A stretch of DNA of 32,000 nt from Mycolicibacterium smegmatis (GTDB lineage: Bacteria; Actinomycetota; Actinomycetes; Mycobacteriales; Mycobacteriaceae). Positions 1 through 7,204 of this stretch are shown here, piece by piece. A model generated the notes under the pieces. That model was not told the origin of the DNA. It did no database searches and worked only from the letters and a program-made list of their open reading frames with translations. How positions within the stretch are numbered: position 1 is the first letter of the stretch; the number at the start of each line of letters is the position of its first letter. Position numbers and translations under genes: made by a program. The stretch covers positions 1,410,001 through 1,442,000 of the forward strand of contig NZ_LN831039.1 in the NCBI RefSeq assembly GCF_001457595.1. The letters are read 5' to 3'.

Positions 1-747
1 ACCCTGGCCGAATGCCAACACATCGATCAGGTCGAGATCGACGCAGAGATTCGCCGCACCGTGGCGGAACTTGGTGGATTTGACTCGGGCACATGGCTGG
101 TCAGCGAGATCCCGCACATCGTGCGGCGGTACACCTCCGCTCACGTCGAGCGCCAGCGCAACCGATGGATTCCCGAGCGTTGGGCAGGTGTATTCGCCGG
201 CCACGAACAGGCTCACGCCGATCTGCGCGAGCACGTTGAAGAAGCCGGCGGTATTGCGCGCAGCTTCCTGCATGCCCAAGCCGGACGCGACCCCGTCGAT
301 CTTTTCCTGATGACCATGGCGTGGGGTTACCAGCCGAAGGACTACGGGCCGCAGCGCACCGCCGCCGTACTGGGCCAGGACGGGGCCGTGGAGAAGATCA
401 ATGCCATCGTGGAGGCCACCCGGACGGACGGGGCGGCCGCTGGATGGAGCGCACTGCTGGACAGCCACAAGATCCGCGGACTGGGCATGTCGTTCGGGAC
501 GAAGCTGCTTTACTACGCGGGCTACACGTGCCACCAAGAGCAGCGGCCGTTGGTACTCGACGAACGCGTACGAGCTGCGCTGGCCATCGTCGCGCCCGGG
601 ACGGTGCCAGCGCGTGGTTGGGTACGTAGGGACGACTATCTGCGGTACCTGGATCTCGCGGAGACGTGGGCGGCCAACCCGGCGTGGAATCAGGCACCGG
701 ACGTCGTGGAGTACGCGCTGTTTTCTCATGGCGGTGTACAGAAATGA
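1..747 (+). CDS. OGG-fold (HhH-GPD-like) DNA-glycosylase-fold protein; 5' end probably lies outside the window
   Basis: The frame is open from nt 1, with no stop before the GTG at 61, to the TGA at 745-747. Segments MTMAWGYQPKDYGPQRT and GLGMSFGTKLLYYAGY...LVLDERV resemble the family annotated as '8-oxoguanine DNA glycosylase OGG fold protein'. This is recalled from memory and not searched. Confidence 0.45.
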   Translation, partial: TLAECQHIDQVEIDAEIRRTVAELGGFDSGTWLVSEIPHIVRRYTSAHVERQRNRWIPERWAGVFAGHEQAHADLREHVEEAGGIARSFLHAQAGRDPVDLFLMTMAWGYQPKDYGPQRTAAVLGQDGAVEKINAIVEATRTDGAAAGWSALLDSHKIRGLGMSFGTKLLYYAGYTCHQEQRPLVLDERVRAALAIVAPGTVPARGWVRRDDYLRYLDLAETWAANPAWNQAPDVVEYALFSHGGVQK

Positions 748-786
748 TTCGCCGGAAATGTTGCGGTGCAGGTGATCGAGGGTGCC

Positions 787-3228
787 ATGTCGGATGAGCG
801 TCTGAAGAACTTCGTGTTGTCGCTGGCTGACCGCGATGACACGTTGAGCGAAGAGGCGAAGCTCGTCGTGCTCGCCGCGCTGGAAGGCGCCGACGACCTC
901 ACGGAGGTGTTGGATCAGTCGGCGACCCGTCCCGATTTGATCGAATCGCTGACCACCACCCACGAGGACACAACCGAACCTGTCGGGGCGTATCTGCGCT
1001 CGATCACCGTGCAGGGATTTCGGGGAATCGGGCCCGAGGTCACGCTCAACTTCCAACCCGGACCAGGCCTGACCGTCGTCGCCGGGCGGAACGGGTCCGG
1101 TAAGTCGACACTTGCGGAAGGTCTCGAGCTCGCACTCACCGGCAAGAACTCGCGCTGGGGTGACAAGCCGGGTGTGTGGTCGCAAAGCTGGCGGAACCTG
1201 CACGCCGGAGAACCGGCGCAGCTCCGTGTGGTGCTGGCCGAAGAAGGCTCGGGCGCAACCATAATCGGAGTGGACTGGCCCGCCGGTGACGACATCGACG
1301 TCGATAATTGCTCGTGCTGGGTGCAGCGGCCCAAACGCAAGCGGGAAGACGTCAGCGCGCTGGGGTGGTCCGGCGCGCTGGAGATGTACCGGCCGCTGCT
1401 GAGCTACGACGAACTGGGCGGCATCCTCGAAGGCGCACCTAGCAAGTTCTACGACCAGCTGCACAAGTTGCTCGGACTGGAGCAACTCACCGAGGCCATG
1501 ACGCGGCTGGAAGCCGAGGTCAAGGTGCTCAAGCAGCCGTCGGAGGAAGGGCGGAAGGCGCGTGCCGCGCTGCGGGTCAAGTTGGAGTCGCATGAGGACC
1601 CACGTGCCGCGAAGGCGCTGACCCAGGTCAAGAAGCGCCGGCCCGACCTCGACGCGCTCCGGCCGTTGGTCACCGGCGGAACGGGGGCCGATGTGCCGAC
1701 AGCTTGGCTACAGGCGGAGGGATTATCGATACCGACCGACGACGAGGTGGCGTTGGCGTGCGAAGTGCTTCGAGCGGCCGCCGGCGCGGAGCTGCAGGAG
1801 GCCGAACGCGCTGACGCTCTAGCCGCGGATCGGAGCCGGGTGTTGTCGATGAGCCTGGATTTCCATGCGGCCCATGGGGATCAGAAGTGTCCGGTCTGCG
1901 GGGAAGGGTATCTCACCGCGGAGTGGGCAACAGCAGCGCGCGAGCTGTTGGAGCAAGACCAACGGGTGGTCAAGGCGCTGGCGGAGGCTCGGCAGGCTGC
2001 CGCCGAGGCGCGCGCCGGAGTCTTGAGCCTTGTGGAGTCAGTCGATGCGCCACCTGCCGATGGGGACGGTGAGCTCACCACCCTGTTGGCTGCGCAGGCA
2101 GCCTTCGAGCAGTTCACCGTGGTCCCAGTTGACGGACAGCGTGCACTTGCCGACCACGTCGAGCACAAACTGCCCGTCCTACGTGATGCCTACACCGCCC
2201 TGCAACAGGAGGCCGCTGAGCTCATCAAGGCGCGACAAGACGCGTGGAGCCCGGTGGCCCTCGAGCTGGCGGCCTGGATGCGGAAGGTGGAACAGGCCAA
2301 CGAGATCGAGCCGCAACTCTCGGTCGCTTCGGAGGCGTTGAAGTGGTTGCAGGACAACGCCGCCGAACTGAGAGATCAGCGCATCGCACCTCTCGCTGAA
2401 CAGTCCCGCCAGATTTGGGCGGCACTGCGACAGGAAAGCAACGTCGAACTCGGTGCGATCCAGTTGGTGGGCCAGAAGACCAGCCGTCGGGTACTACTCA
2501 AAGCTGAAGTCGACGGATCCGACACCGAAGCGTTTGGCGTCATGAGCCAAGGCGAACTACAGGCATTGGCACTGGCGATCTTCATTCCGAGGGCAACATC
2601 GCCGGCGAGCCCCTTCCGGTTCCTGGTGCTCGACGACCCCATTCAGGCGATGGACCCGTCGAAGATCGACGGACTGCTGCACGTGCTGACGCAACTTGCT
2701 GAAACTCGCCAGGTTGTCGTGTTCACCCACGACGACCGACTGCCCGCCGCCATCCGCCGGTCGCGGCTGCCGGCGCGTGTGGTCGAGGTGGTTCGTGGCA
2801 TGAACTCCGTTGTCAGCGTGGCAGAAGCCAGCCGGCCGGCGATGAGAATGCTCGACGACGCGTTCGCCATCGCGGCCGACGACGCAGTCCCAGACGCAAT
2901 CAAACGAGTGGCGGTGCCAGTGCTCTGCCGTGACGCGTTGGAATCGACGGCGTGGGATGTGTTCAGCACCCGCCGTCTGGGGCAGGGGCATTCGCATGCT
3001 GACGTTGAACAACTCTGGGAGACTGCGCGGTTGACCAAGCGGCGTCTTGGGTTGGCGGTGGATCCAGATAACGAGACTGCTCTGGATCGATGGCTTTCCG
3101 GAGGGTCAGCCCGGCGGCATGCGCTGAAGGTGGCGGCGTCTGGTGCCCACAGCGATGTGGTGAACTACCGCGATGCCGTGCACGCGACACGACTCGCGGT
3201 CGGTGACCTCATGAAGCTCTCATCATGA
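787..3228 (+). CDS. Rad50/RloC-like ABC ATPase with coiled-coil insert, CxxC hook and a C-terminal helical domain
   Basis: ATG 787 is preceded by GAGGG (776-780); the track start at 766 is less likely. Walker A is GRNGSGKST (about 1087-1113). A long Ala/Glu/Leu-rich helical insert contains CPVC (TGT 1888, TGC 1897). ABC signature SQGELQAL is at about 2545-2562. Walker B is FLVLDDP (2621-2641), followed by VVVFTHDDR. About 170 aa of extra C-terminal helices carry an R-x3-E motif (CRDALE, 2926-2943). Confidence 0.75.
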   Translation: MSDERLKNFVLSLADRDDTLSEEAKLVVLAALEGADDLTEVLDQSATRPDLIESLTTTHEDTTEPVGAYLRSITVQGFRGIGPEVTLNFQPGPGLTVVAGRNGSGKSTLAEGLELALTGKNSRWGDKPGVWSQSWRNLHAGEPAQLRVVLAEEGSGATIIGVDWPAGDDIDVDNCSCWVQRPKRKREDVSALGWSGALEMYRPLLSYDELGGILEGAPSKFYDQLHKLLGLEQLTEAMTRLEAEVKVLKQPSEEGRKARAALRVKLESHEDPRAAKALTQVKKRRPDLDALRPLVTGGTGADVPTAWLQAEGLSIPTDDEVALACEVLRAAAGAELQEAERADALAADRSRVLSMSLDFHAAHGDQKCPVCGEGYLTAEWATAARELLEQDQRVVKALAEARQAAAEARAGVLSLVESVDAPPADGDGELTTLLAAQAAFEQFTVVPVDGQRALADHVEHKLPVLRDAYTALQQEAAELIKARQDAWSPVALELAAWMRKVEQANEIEPQLSVASEALKWLQDNAAELRDQRIAPLAEQSRQIWAALRQESNVELGAIQLVGQKTSRRVLLKAEVDGSDTEAFGVMSQGELQALALAIFIPRATSPASPFRFLVLDDPIQAMDPSKIDGLLHVLTQLAETRQVVVFTHDDRLPAAIRRSRLPARVVEVVRGMNSVVSVAEASRPAMRMLDDAFAIAADDAVPDAIKRVAVPVLCRDALESTAWDVFSTRRLGQGHSHADVEQLWETARLTKRRLGLAVDPDNETALDRWLSGGSARRHALKVAASGAHSDVVNYRDAVHATRLAVGDLMKLSS

Positions 3229-3575
3229 CCGACCGGTTGGCGCTATTGGATTTCGCCGATCAAGTGCTCGACGGCACCGTCAACCTCGGCGTGCGCGGTC
3301 CTCGTACAGCGGCACTGCTGGCACGTCGCGCGTTCGAAGACTGGCTCGAAGAAGTTAGCCGCTCATGGGCGGCGCACGTAGAGTCTGATCGCCCACCAAC
3401 CACCAGCTCGAAGTTGGTGGTGCTGGGAGCCCTTCGCGGCGAAGAACTCGGCGAGACGGCTAAACGGATATGGCACGGCCTGAGCCACGCCGTGCACCAC
3501 CATGCGTATGAGCTTCAGCCGTCGGTGGCCGAGGTGCGGAGTTTGGTGAGCCAGGTGAGAGCTGTCTGTAACTGA
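3225..3575 (+). CDS. small helical protein, apparent paralog of the C-terminal domain of the upstream ATPase
   Basis: An ATGA start/stop overlap with the ATPase (3225-3228) implies translational coupling. It has an R-x3-E motif (ARRAFE) and a His-rich helix (KRIWHGLSHAVHHH). These align by eye with CRDALE and ARRHALKVAASGAH in the ATPase tail. Confidence 0.6.
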   Translation: MTDRLALLDFADQVLDGTVNLGVRGPRTAALLARRAFEDWLEEVSRSWAAHVESDRPPTTSSKLVVLGALRGEELGETAKRIWHGLSHAVHHHAYELQPSVAEVRSLVSQVRAVCN

Positions 3576-3654
3576 GTAAGGGTTGCCGATATCGGCCTTG
3601 GTCGTGAGGCGAAGTTGATGTCCATCTGTCGGCGGTAGTGCCTACCCTCTGATC

Positions 3655-3701
3655 GTGGATTACGAGGCGATCACCGCATTGCGTGACCGGCACCCGGCGT
3701 G
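3655..3701 (+). pseudogene. jetA: 5' remnant of a second Wadjet jetA (15 codons, VDYEAITALRDRHPA), truncated by an IS end
   Basis: Region 3622-3701 aligns with 19757-19836 (jetA upstream region and start) with 7 mismatches in 80 nt, counted by hand. Homology stops exactly where an IS256-type terminal repeat begins (3701). Confidence 0.75.
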
Positions 3702-3719
3702 AGGAATTGTCAATACCTG
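3701..3719 (-). mobile_element. orphan IS256-family terminal fragment (~19 bp)
   Basis: GAGGAATTGTCAATACCTG is the exact reverse complement of the right terminus of the complete element (CAGGTATTGACAATTCCTC, 10540-10558). The rest is replaced by IS3 copy A. Confidence 0.7.
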
Positions 3720-3768
3720 ATCCGCCCCGGCGTGTCTGGAGAGTTCTTCCGTTGGGAAGGATGGGCAC

Positions 3769-4095
3769 GTGGGATCGAAGTCATCGAGGCGGTATCCAGA
3801 CGAGCTGAAGGTGCGGGCGGTGCAGATGGTGGCCGATCTGCGCAGCGAGACAGTTTCGGAGTGGGAGGCGATGGGCCGGGTTGCTGACCTGCTGGGCGTC
3901 GGTACTGCCGAAACGGTGCGCAAATGGGTCCGCCAGGCTGAGATCGACGCCGGCTCTCGGGCGGGGCAGACCAGCGAGGAATCCGAGGTCCTGCGCAAGC
4001 TGCGCCGGGAGAATGCCGAACTCAAGCGGGCCAACGCGATCTTGAAGGCGGCCTCGGTTTTCTTCGCCGCCGAGCTCGACCGGCCCTCTCAGTAG
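3769..4095 (+). CDS. IS3-family transposase OrfA (HTH plus leucine-zipper region)
   Basis: The 108 aa ORF is identical to 12178-12504(-). It shows the typical OrfA pattern: RRYPDELKVRAV, VRKWVRQAEID, then a coiled LRRENAELKRANAILKKA-type tail. Confidence 0.85.
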   Translation: MGSKSSRRYPDELKVRAVQMVADLRSETVSEWEAMGRVADLLGVGTAETVRKWVRQAEIDAGSRAGQTSEESEVLRKLRRENAELKRANAILKAASVFFAAELDRPSQ

Positions 4096-4097
4096 TC

Positions 4098-5051
4098 GTG
4101 GAGTTCATCAGCGCCCACCAGCACATGCGGGTGGGCGTTGATGGTCTCAAGTGGGGTGTCGAGTCGATGTGCGCTGTGCTTTCCGAGTACGGCGTCACGA
4201 TCGCCCCGTCGACGTATTACGCCCACCGCGCCCGTCAGGGCCCCTCGAAAGCCGACTGGGCCGATGCGCAGGTGATCGATGCGATCTGGCAGCTTCGCCA
4301 ATCGCAGAGTCTGTACCGAGTCCTGGGCGCTCGTAAGACATGGATTGTATTGCGCACCAATGGTATCGACGTATCGCGCTGTGTCGTGGAACGGGTCATG
4401 CGGGAGATGGGTTGGCGGGGTGCGTGCAAGCGCCGGCGGGTGCGCACCACCGTCGCCGATCCGGCAGCGACGCGAGCCCCGGATCGGGTCCGGCGTAATT
4501 TCGTCGCCGGTGCGCCTGACCGATTGTGGGTGGCCGATTTCACCTACTGCCGGACTCGTGCCGGCTGGGCCTACACGGCGTTCGTCACCGATGTCTATGC
4601 CCGCAAGATCGTGGGTTGGAAGGTGGCTACCGAGATGACCCAGAAGCTGGTGACCGATGCGATCGACCACGCTATCGACACCAGAAAGCGTTCGGGTGCA
4701 GCATCTTTGGATTCACTTATCCACCACAGCGACGCGGGCTCGCAATACACCGCGGTCGCGTTCACCGAACGTCTGGCCGCTGAGGGGATCCTGCCTTCAG
4801 TCGGATCCGTCGGGGATAGTTTCGATAATGCTCTGGCCGAATCGGTGAACAGCAGCTACAAGACCGAACTCATCGACCGCCAGCCGCTCTATCCCGGTGC
4901 CACCGAACTGGCGCTGGGGACCGCCGAATGGGTGGCCTTCTACAACCGTCAGCGACCCAACGGCTACTGCCAGGACCTGACCCCCGATCGGGCCGAAGCG
5001 CTCTACTACCACCGCCAACGGCACCCTCATGCCGAGGAGGCACTCAGATAA
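4098..5051 (+). CDS. IS3-family transposase OrfB (rve/DDE integrase core), probably made as an OrfAB fusion by -1 frameshift
   Basis: It lies in the -1 frame relative to orfA, and that frame is open far upstream into orfA. DDE-type blocks are LWVADFTY, HHSDAGSQYT and DNALAESVNSSYKTE. No canonical A AAA AAG site is present; the T-run GGTTTTC (4056-4062) is the only slippery-looking candidate. Confidence 0.85.
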   Translation: MEFISAHQHMRVGVDGLKWGVESMCAVLSEYGVTIAPSTYYAHRARQGPSKADWADAQVIDAIWQLRQSQSLYRVLGARKTWIVLRTNGIDVSRCVVERVMREMGWRGACKRRRVRTTVADPAATRAPDRVRRNFVAGAPDRLWVADFTYCRTRAGWAYTAFVTDVYARKIVGWKVATEMTQKLVTDAIDHAIDTRKRSGAASLDSLIHHSDAGSQYTAVAFTERLAAEGILPSVGSVGDSFDNALAESVNSSYKTELIDRQPLYPGATELALGTAEWVAFYNRQRPNGYCQDLTPDRAEALYYHRQRHPHAEEALR

Positions 5052-5081
5052 GAGAACCTCCCGACATGCCGGGGCGGATCA

Positions 5082-5457
5082 AGGTGAACTCCCGCAACAA
5101 AGTACCAACAGTTGACGGTGCATACACACCGCCAAAGAGTGTCTTCATGCCACCGGCGCGAACCAAGTCGAGGTCATCGATGCTGTCCGCGCCGACACAC
5201 ATGCCGGCGATCACCGTGGTCAGCTTCGGGGACGGATTCGCCGAGCCGGATTTGATCTTCGGTGCCGGAATGGAAATCTTGTCGGCCAACAACTTCGGTA
5301 GTCCGGTCTGGGCCGCCAACGTCATCACCGGCACCAGCCCGGCGCACGACACGAGATGGGCATCATCGAAGACCGCCGACGACACGGCGAACCTATGGGA
5401 CACTTGCACCGGAAGTGCCTTTCTGACCGTGGGCTGATCGAAGTGTGGTAACTCCAA
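5082..5457 (-). pseudogene. IS1380-family transposase, N-terminal fragment
   Basis: MELPHFDQPTVRKALPVQVSHRF...GTLLREFT parallels the N-termini of the ORFs 5669-7117 and 7131-8795. The reading frame then runs into the IS3 terminus. Confidence 0.75.
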
Positions 5458-5533
5458 TCATCCCAGCTCAAAGGGCACTTTCCTTATATCAACACCCTCC
5501 GACCAGGCGATTCATCGGTGGATCGAGGCTTAG
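5082..5533 (-). mobile_element. IS1380-family element, copy 0, truncated by IS3 copy A
   Basis: It retains the transposase-proximal terminus (TCATCGGTGGATCGAGGCTTAG, ending 5533) and only the first ~125 codons of the transposase. Confidence 0.7.
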
Positions 5534-7195
5534 CCTGAATCCGTGGAGCGGCCCTCCTTGAGGTGTCCGTGTGTGGTTTCTGCTGCGTTCGGTGTTGCGG
5601 GCATGCGGTAGTTGCTGGTCTGCCCAGCTTTTCCTGTGTGCTCCGGTTGGGCCTGTTCGGCGCGTTGGTCAGGTCGTTGCCGGTAGCGGTGGGCTGTATC
5701 CGATGGTGTTGCGCCACAACGTGAGCCAGTGCTCTGTCCAGGGCCAGTGCTCGGGGAGGTGCAGGATCGGTCGACGCTGGGGTCGGGCCAGACGGGCGGG
5801 AATGTTGACGATCTTGCGGCGCAGCGTCGCGCCGCGGGCAACCACGTGGGCACCTCCTGCGAGCACGCCGGCGGCGCGCAGCAGGTTGTGCGCGATCGCC
5901 GCGCACAACACCCACGCACTGTTGGCACCGAACTGTCCTGAGGGCATGTGGGCCAGGGGTCCGTCGATCAGATCGGCGAAGACGGTTTCGATGATCGCGT
6001 GCTGGCGGTGGGTGATGTCAGCCTCGGCGGTCGGCAAGTCTGTGTTGGTGAAGAACGGGTGATACCGCCACACCGGGAACAGCGCGTCCCGAAATCTCGC
6101 GTCTTTGACTCGCCGCACCACCAACCGCGCGGTGAACCGATCTTTGGTAGAGGCGAAGGCGGTGTAGCTGACCTCGGCGACCTCGGCATCAGAAATCCAG
6201 TCACCGGTGTCGGGATCACGCACTGCACCGGGATAGTTGACCGGCTCCCAGGCCTGCTCGTCGATCGAACTGATGGCCCGATCAACCGCGGTATTGCGGG
6301 TCATCACCACCGAGAAGTGCGCATTGTGGGCTCGGCAGGCGCCCACCACCGACCGGGTGCCGTAGGACGAATCGCCACGCACCAGCAGTTGCCCGCGCAC
6401 GCCGGCGGCGCGGGCGGTGGCGATGGCTTGGGCGACCATGCGGCCCGCACCCTTCCCGGAACTGGTCTTACCGGCGCGCAGCCGCATCCCGGCGATCACC
6501 GGCGCCGCTCCGGGGGTGCTGATCGTCGTCGCCAACGGGGAGAGCCCTTTACGCAGAACCTGCTTACCAGCGATCTTGGTATGCCCGTAGGAGGCACCCT
6601 GTTTGGCGTGGCCATAGACCGGGCGCAGCAGTGAGTCGATGTCGATGAACGCCCCCGTGTCGGATCCGGGCAGCAGGTCCACCCGCGCACAGAGTGCGGC
6701 CAGATGATGACGCAGGACCGACTCCAACTGCCGGGCGTGTCCGAAGGTGAACTCCCGCAACAGTGTTCCGATCGTCGATGGTGCATAGACCCCATCGAAG
6801 AGCGTCTTCATCCCGCCGCCACGCACGAGGTCGAGGTCATCAATGCTGTCGGCGCCGGCGCACATTCCGGCGACCACGGTGAGCAGCTTCGGCGACGGGT
6901 TGGCCGACCCGGACTTGATCCGTGGTTCGCTGATACGAACCTTGTCGGCCAGCAACTGTGACAGCCCGGTCTGGGTGGCCAGCGTCATTACCGGCACCAG
7001 ACCGGCGCACGACACGAGATGGGCATCATCGAAGACCGCCGACGACGCAGCGAACCTATGGGACACTTTCACCGGAAGTGCCTTTCGAAGTTGTGCCGAT
7101 AAGTGCCTAGAGAACACTCATCATCACAGCTCAGAAGGCACTTTCCTCGTCACGACACCCTGCGACCAGCCAATTCATCGGTGGATCGAGGCTTA
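5529..7195 (-). mobile_element. IS1380-family element, copy 1 (~1.67 kb), apparently intact
   Basis: Termini are CTTAGCCTGAATCCGTGGAGCG (from 5529) and CATCGGTGGATCGAGGCTTAG (ending 7195), forming imperfect inverted repeats. Exact ends are uncertain by a few nt. Confidence 0.7.
5669..7117 (-). CDS. IS1380-family (DDE) transposase
   Basis: This is a 482 aa uninterrupted ORF. It is about 85% similar by eye to the neighbouring copy, and the size and element length fit the IS1380 family. Confidence 0.8.
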   Translation of the reverse strand: MFSRHLSAQLRKALPVKVSHRFAASSAVFDDAHLVSCAGLVPVMTLATQTGLSQLLADKVRISEPRIKSGSANPSPKLLTVVAGMCAGADSIDDLDLVRGGGMKTLFDGVYAPSTIGTLLREFTFGHARQLESVLRHHLAALCARVDLLPGSDTGAFIDIDSLLRPVYGHAKQGASYGHTKIAGKQVLRKGLSPLATTISTPGAAPVIAGMRLRAGKTSSGKGAGRMVAQAIATARAAGVRGQLLVRGDSSYGTRSVVGACRAHNAHFSVVMTRNTAVDRAISSIDEQAWEPVNYPGAVRDPDTGDWISDAEVAEVSYTAFASTKDRFTARLVVRRVKDARFRDALFPVWRYHPFFTNTDLPTAEADITHRQHAIIETVFADLIDGPLAHMPSGQFGANSAWVLCAAIAHNLLRAAGVLAGGAHVVARGATLRRKIVNIPARLARPQRRPILHLPEHWPWTEHWLTLWRNTIGYSPPLPATT

Positions 7196-7204
7196 GGCAG
7201 CACC

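Larger units (their letters stand above)
3718..5081 (+). mobile_element. IS3-family insertion sequence, copy A (1364 bp)
   Basis: Imperfect terminal inverted repeats are TGATCCGCCCCGGCGTGTCTGGAGAGTTCT (from 3718) and AGAACCTCCCGACATGCCGGGGCGGATCA (ending 5081). orfA and orfB are in 0/-1 frames. Flanks ACC and AGG do not match, so there is no target-site duplication. Confidence 0.85.

Noticed and set aside
766-786. Track start codons at 766 (ATPase), 21719 (jetC) and 26334 (vapB)
   Set aside because: The downstream starts at 787, 21788 and 26358 have better ribosome-binding or promoter context. They also avoid long overlaps with the preceding gene.
3585-3596. Perfect 12-bp palindrome GCCGATATCGGC just after the small gene's stop
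   Set aside because: The stem is only 6 bp with no loop and no U-tract, so it is too weak to call a terminator. It could be a protein-binding site, but there is no supporting evidence.
4928-5437. ORFs 4928-5437(+) and 10920-11345(-) sharing the N-terminus MGGLLQPSATQRLLPGPDPRSGRSALL
   Set aside because: Both start in an alternative frame inside IS3 orfB and read out through the IS terminus into unrelated flanks. The shared part simply reflects the duplicated IS.
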